Under the pieces are notes generated by a model. That model was not told the origin of the DNA. It did no database searches and saw only the letters and a list, made by a program, of their open reading frames with translations. Of a stretch of 62,964 bases of DNA, positions 62,893 through 62,964 are shown in pieces (the stretch's first letter is position 1; each line of letters starts with the position of its first letter). Origin of the DNA: Lentisphaerota bacterium (GTDB lineage Bacteria > Verrucomicrobiota > Lentisphaeria > Victivallales > UBA1829); the NCBI GenBank assembly GCA_015061565.1, contig SUWI01000002.1:1-62964 (forward strand), in the 5' to 3' direction. The translations under genes were made by a program, and so were the position numbers.

Positions 62893-62964
62893 CGGCGAAC
62901 AGTTATGAATGGGTTTAATAGGTGTCATAGGTTTTATAGGAACGCCCGGCATTGCCGGGCTTCT
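62893..62964. repeat. Member of the 9-bp periodic intergenic repeat family (runs into the window edge)
   Basis: GGCGAACAGTTATGA...ATAGGTGTC-ATAGGTTTT-ATAGGAACG (62918-62944), then the hairpin GCCCGGC-att-GCCGGGC. Confidence 0.5.

Overview
This 62,964-nt window comes from a GC-rich bacterial chromosome. It carries five prepilin-like DUF1559/H-X9-DG genes with [19 protein letters not shown]-termini, several very large secreted LamG/CBM9-type enzymes and several GntR-PBP regulators. That content points to the PVC superphylum, probably a Lentisphaerota (Victivallales-like) or related organism; this is inference, no search was run.

Layout:
1. 1-4.2 kb: a minus-strand housekeeping operon, FMN riboswitch > ribBA > ribH > nusB > ftsY > ribD.
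2. 4.4-9.8 kb: a block that looks more AT-rich by eye, with seven minus-strand genes plus one gene remnant. All encode signal-peptide proteins (a Sel1-repeat protein, a tandem-domain protein, three FlgT-N/LPP20-like proteins, a small lipoprotein). A 700-bp gene-free, hairpin-rich spacer follows.
3. 10.5-15.7 kb: a GT39 membrane glycosyltransferase, an FHA-pseudokinase, thyX and an M32 carboxypeptidase.
4. 16-47 kb and 56-62 kb: five iterations of the same cassette, [GntR-type regulator] - [DUF1559 pseudopilin-like gene] - [giant secreted glycan-active enzyme(s)]. A rare-sugar cluster (DUF89, Zn-ADH, DeoR, D-psicose 3-epimerase family) sits inside this region at 32.9-36.5 kb.
5. 47.4-55.9 kb: an AT-richer island with a complete four-gene Wadjet (jetABCD) anti-plasmid system, preceded by a SEC-C/TPR gene on the same strand.
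6. 62.1-62.7 kb: rpsD with an intrinsic terminator.

I recognised no rRNA, tRNA, CRISPR array, transposase or integrase.

Other oddities:
- Three reading-frame anomalies lie at or next to short A-runs: a split Sel1 gene, a split DUF89 gene that creates an artefactual 646-aa ORF, and a regulator with no stop codon that runs in frame into a pseudopilin gene.
- A family of intergenic modules is built from 9-bp periodic repeats.
- A 25-nt direct repeat brackets an 860-bp segment carrying a glutamine amidotransferase gene.
- Several operator-like repeat arrays occur in promoter regions.

All family names were assigned from motifs I recognise by eye, not from database searches.
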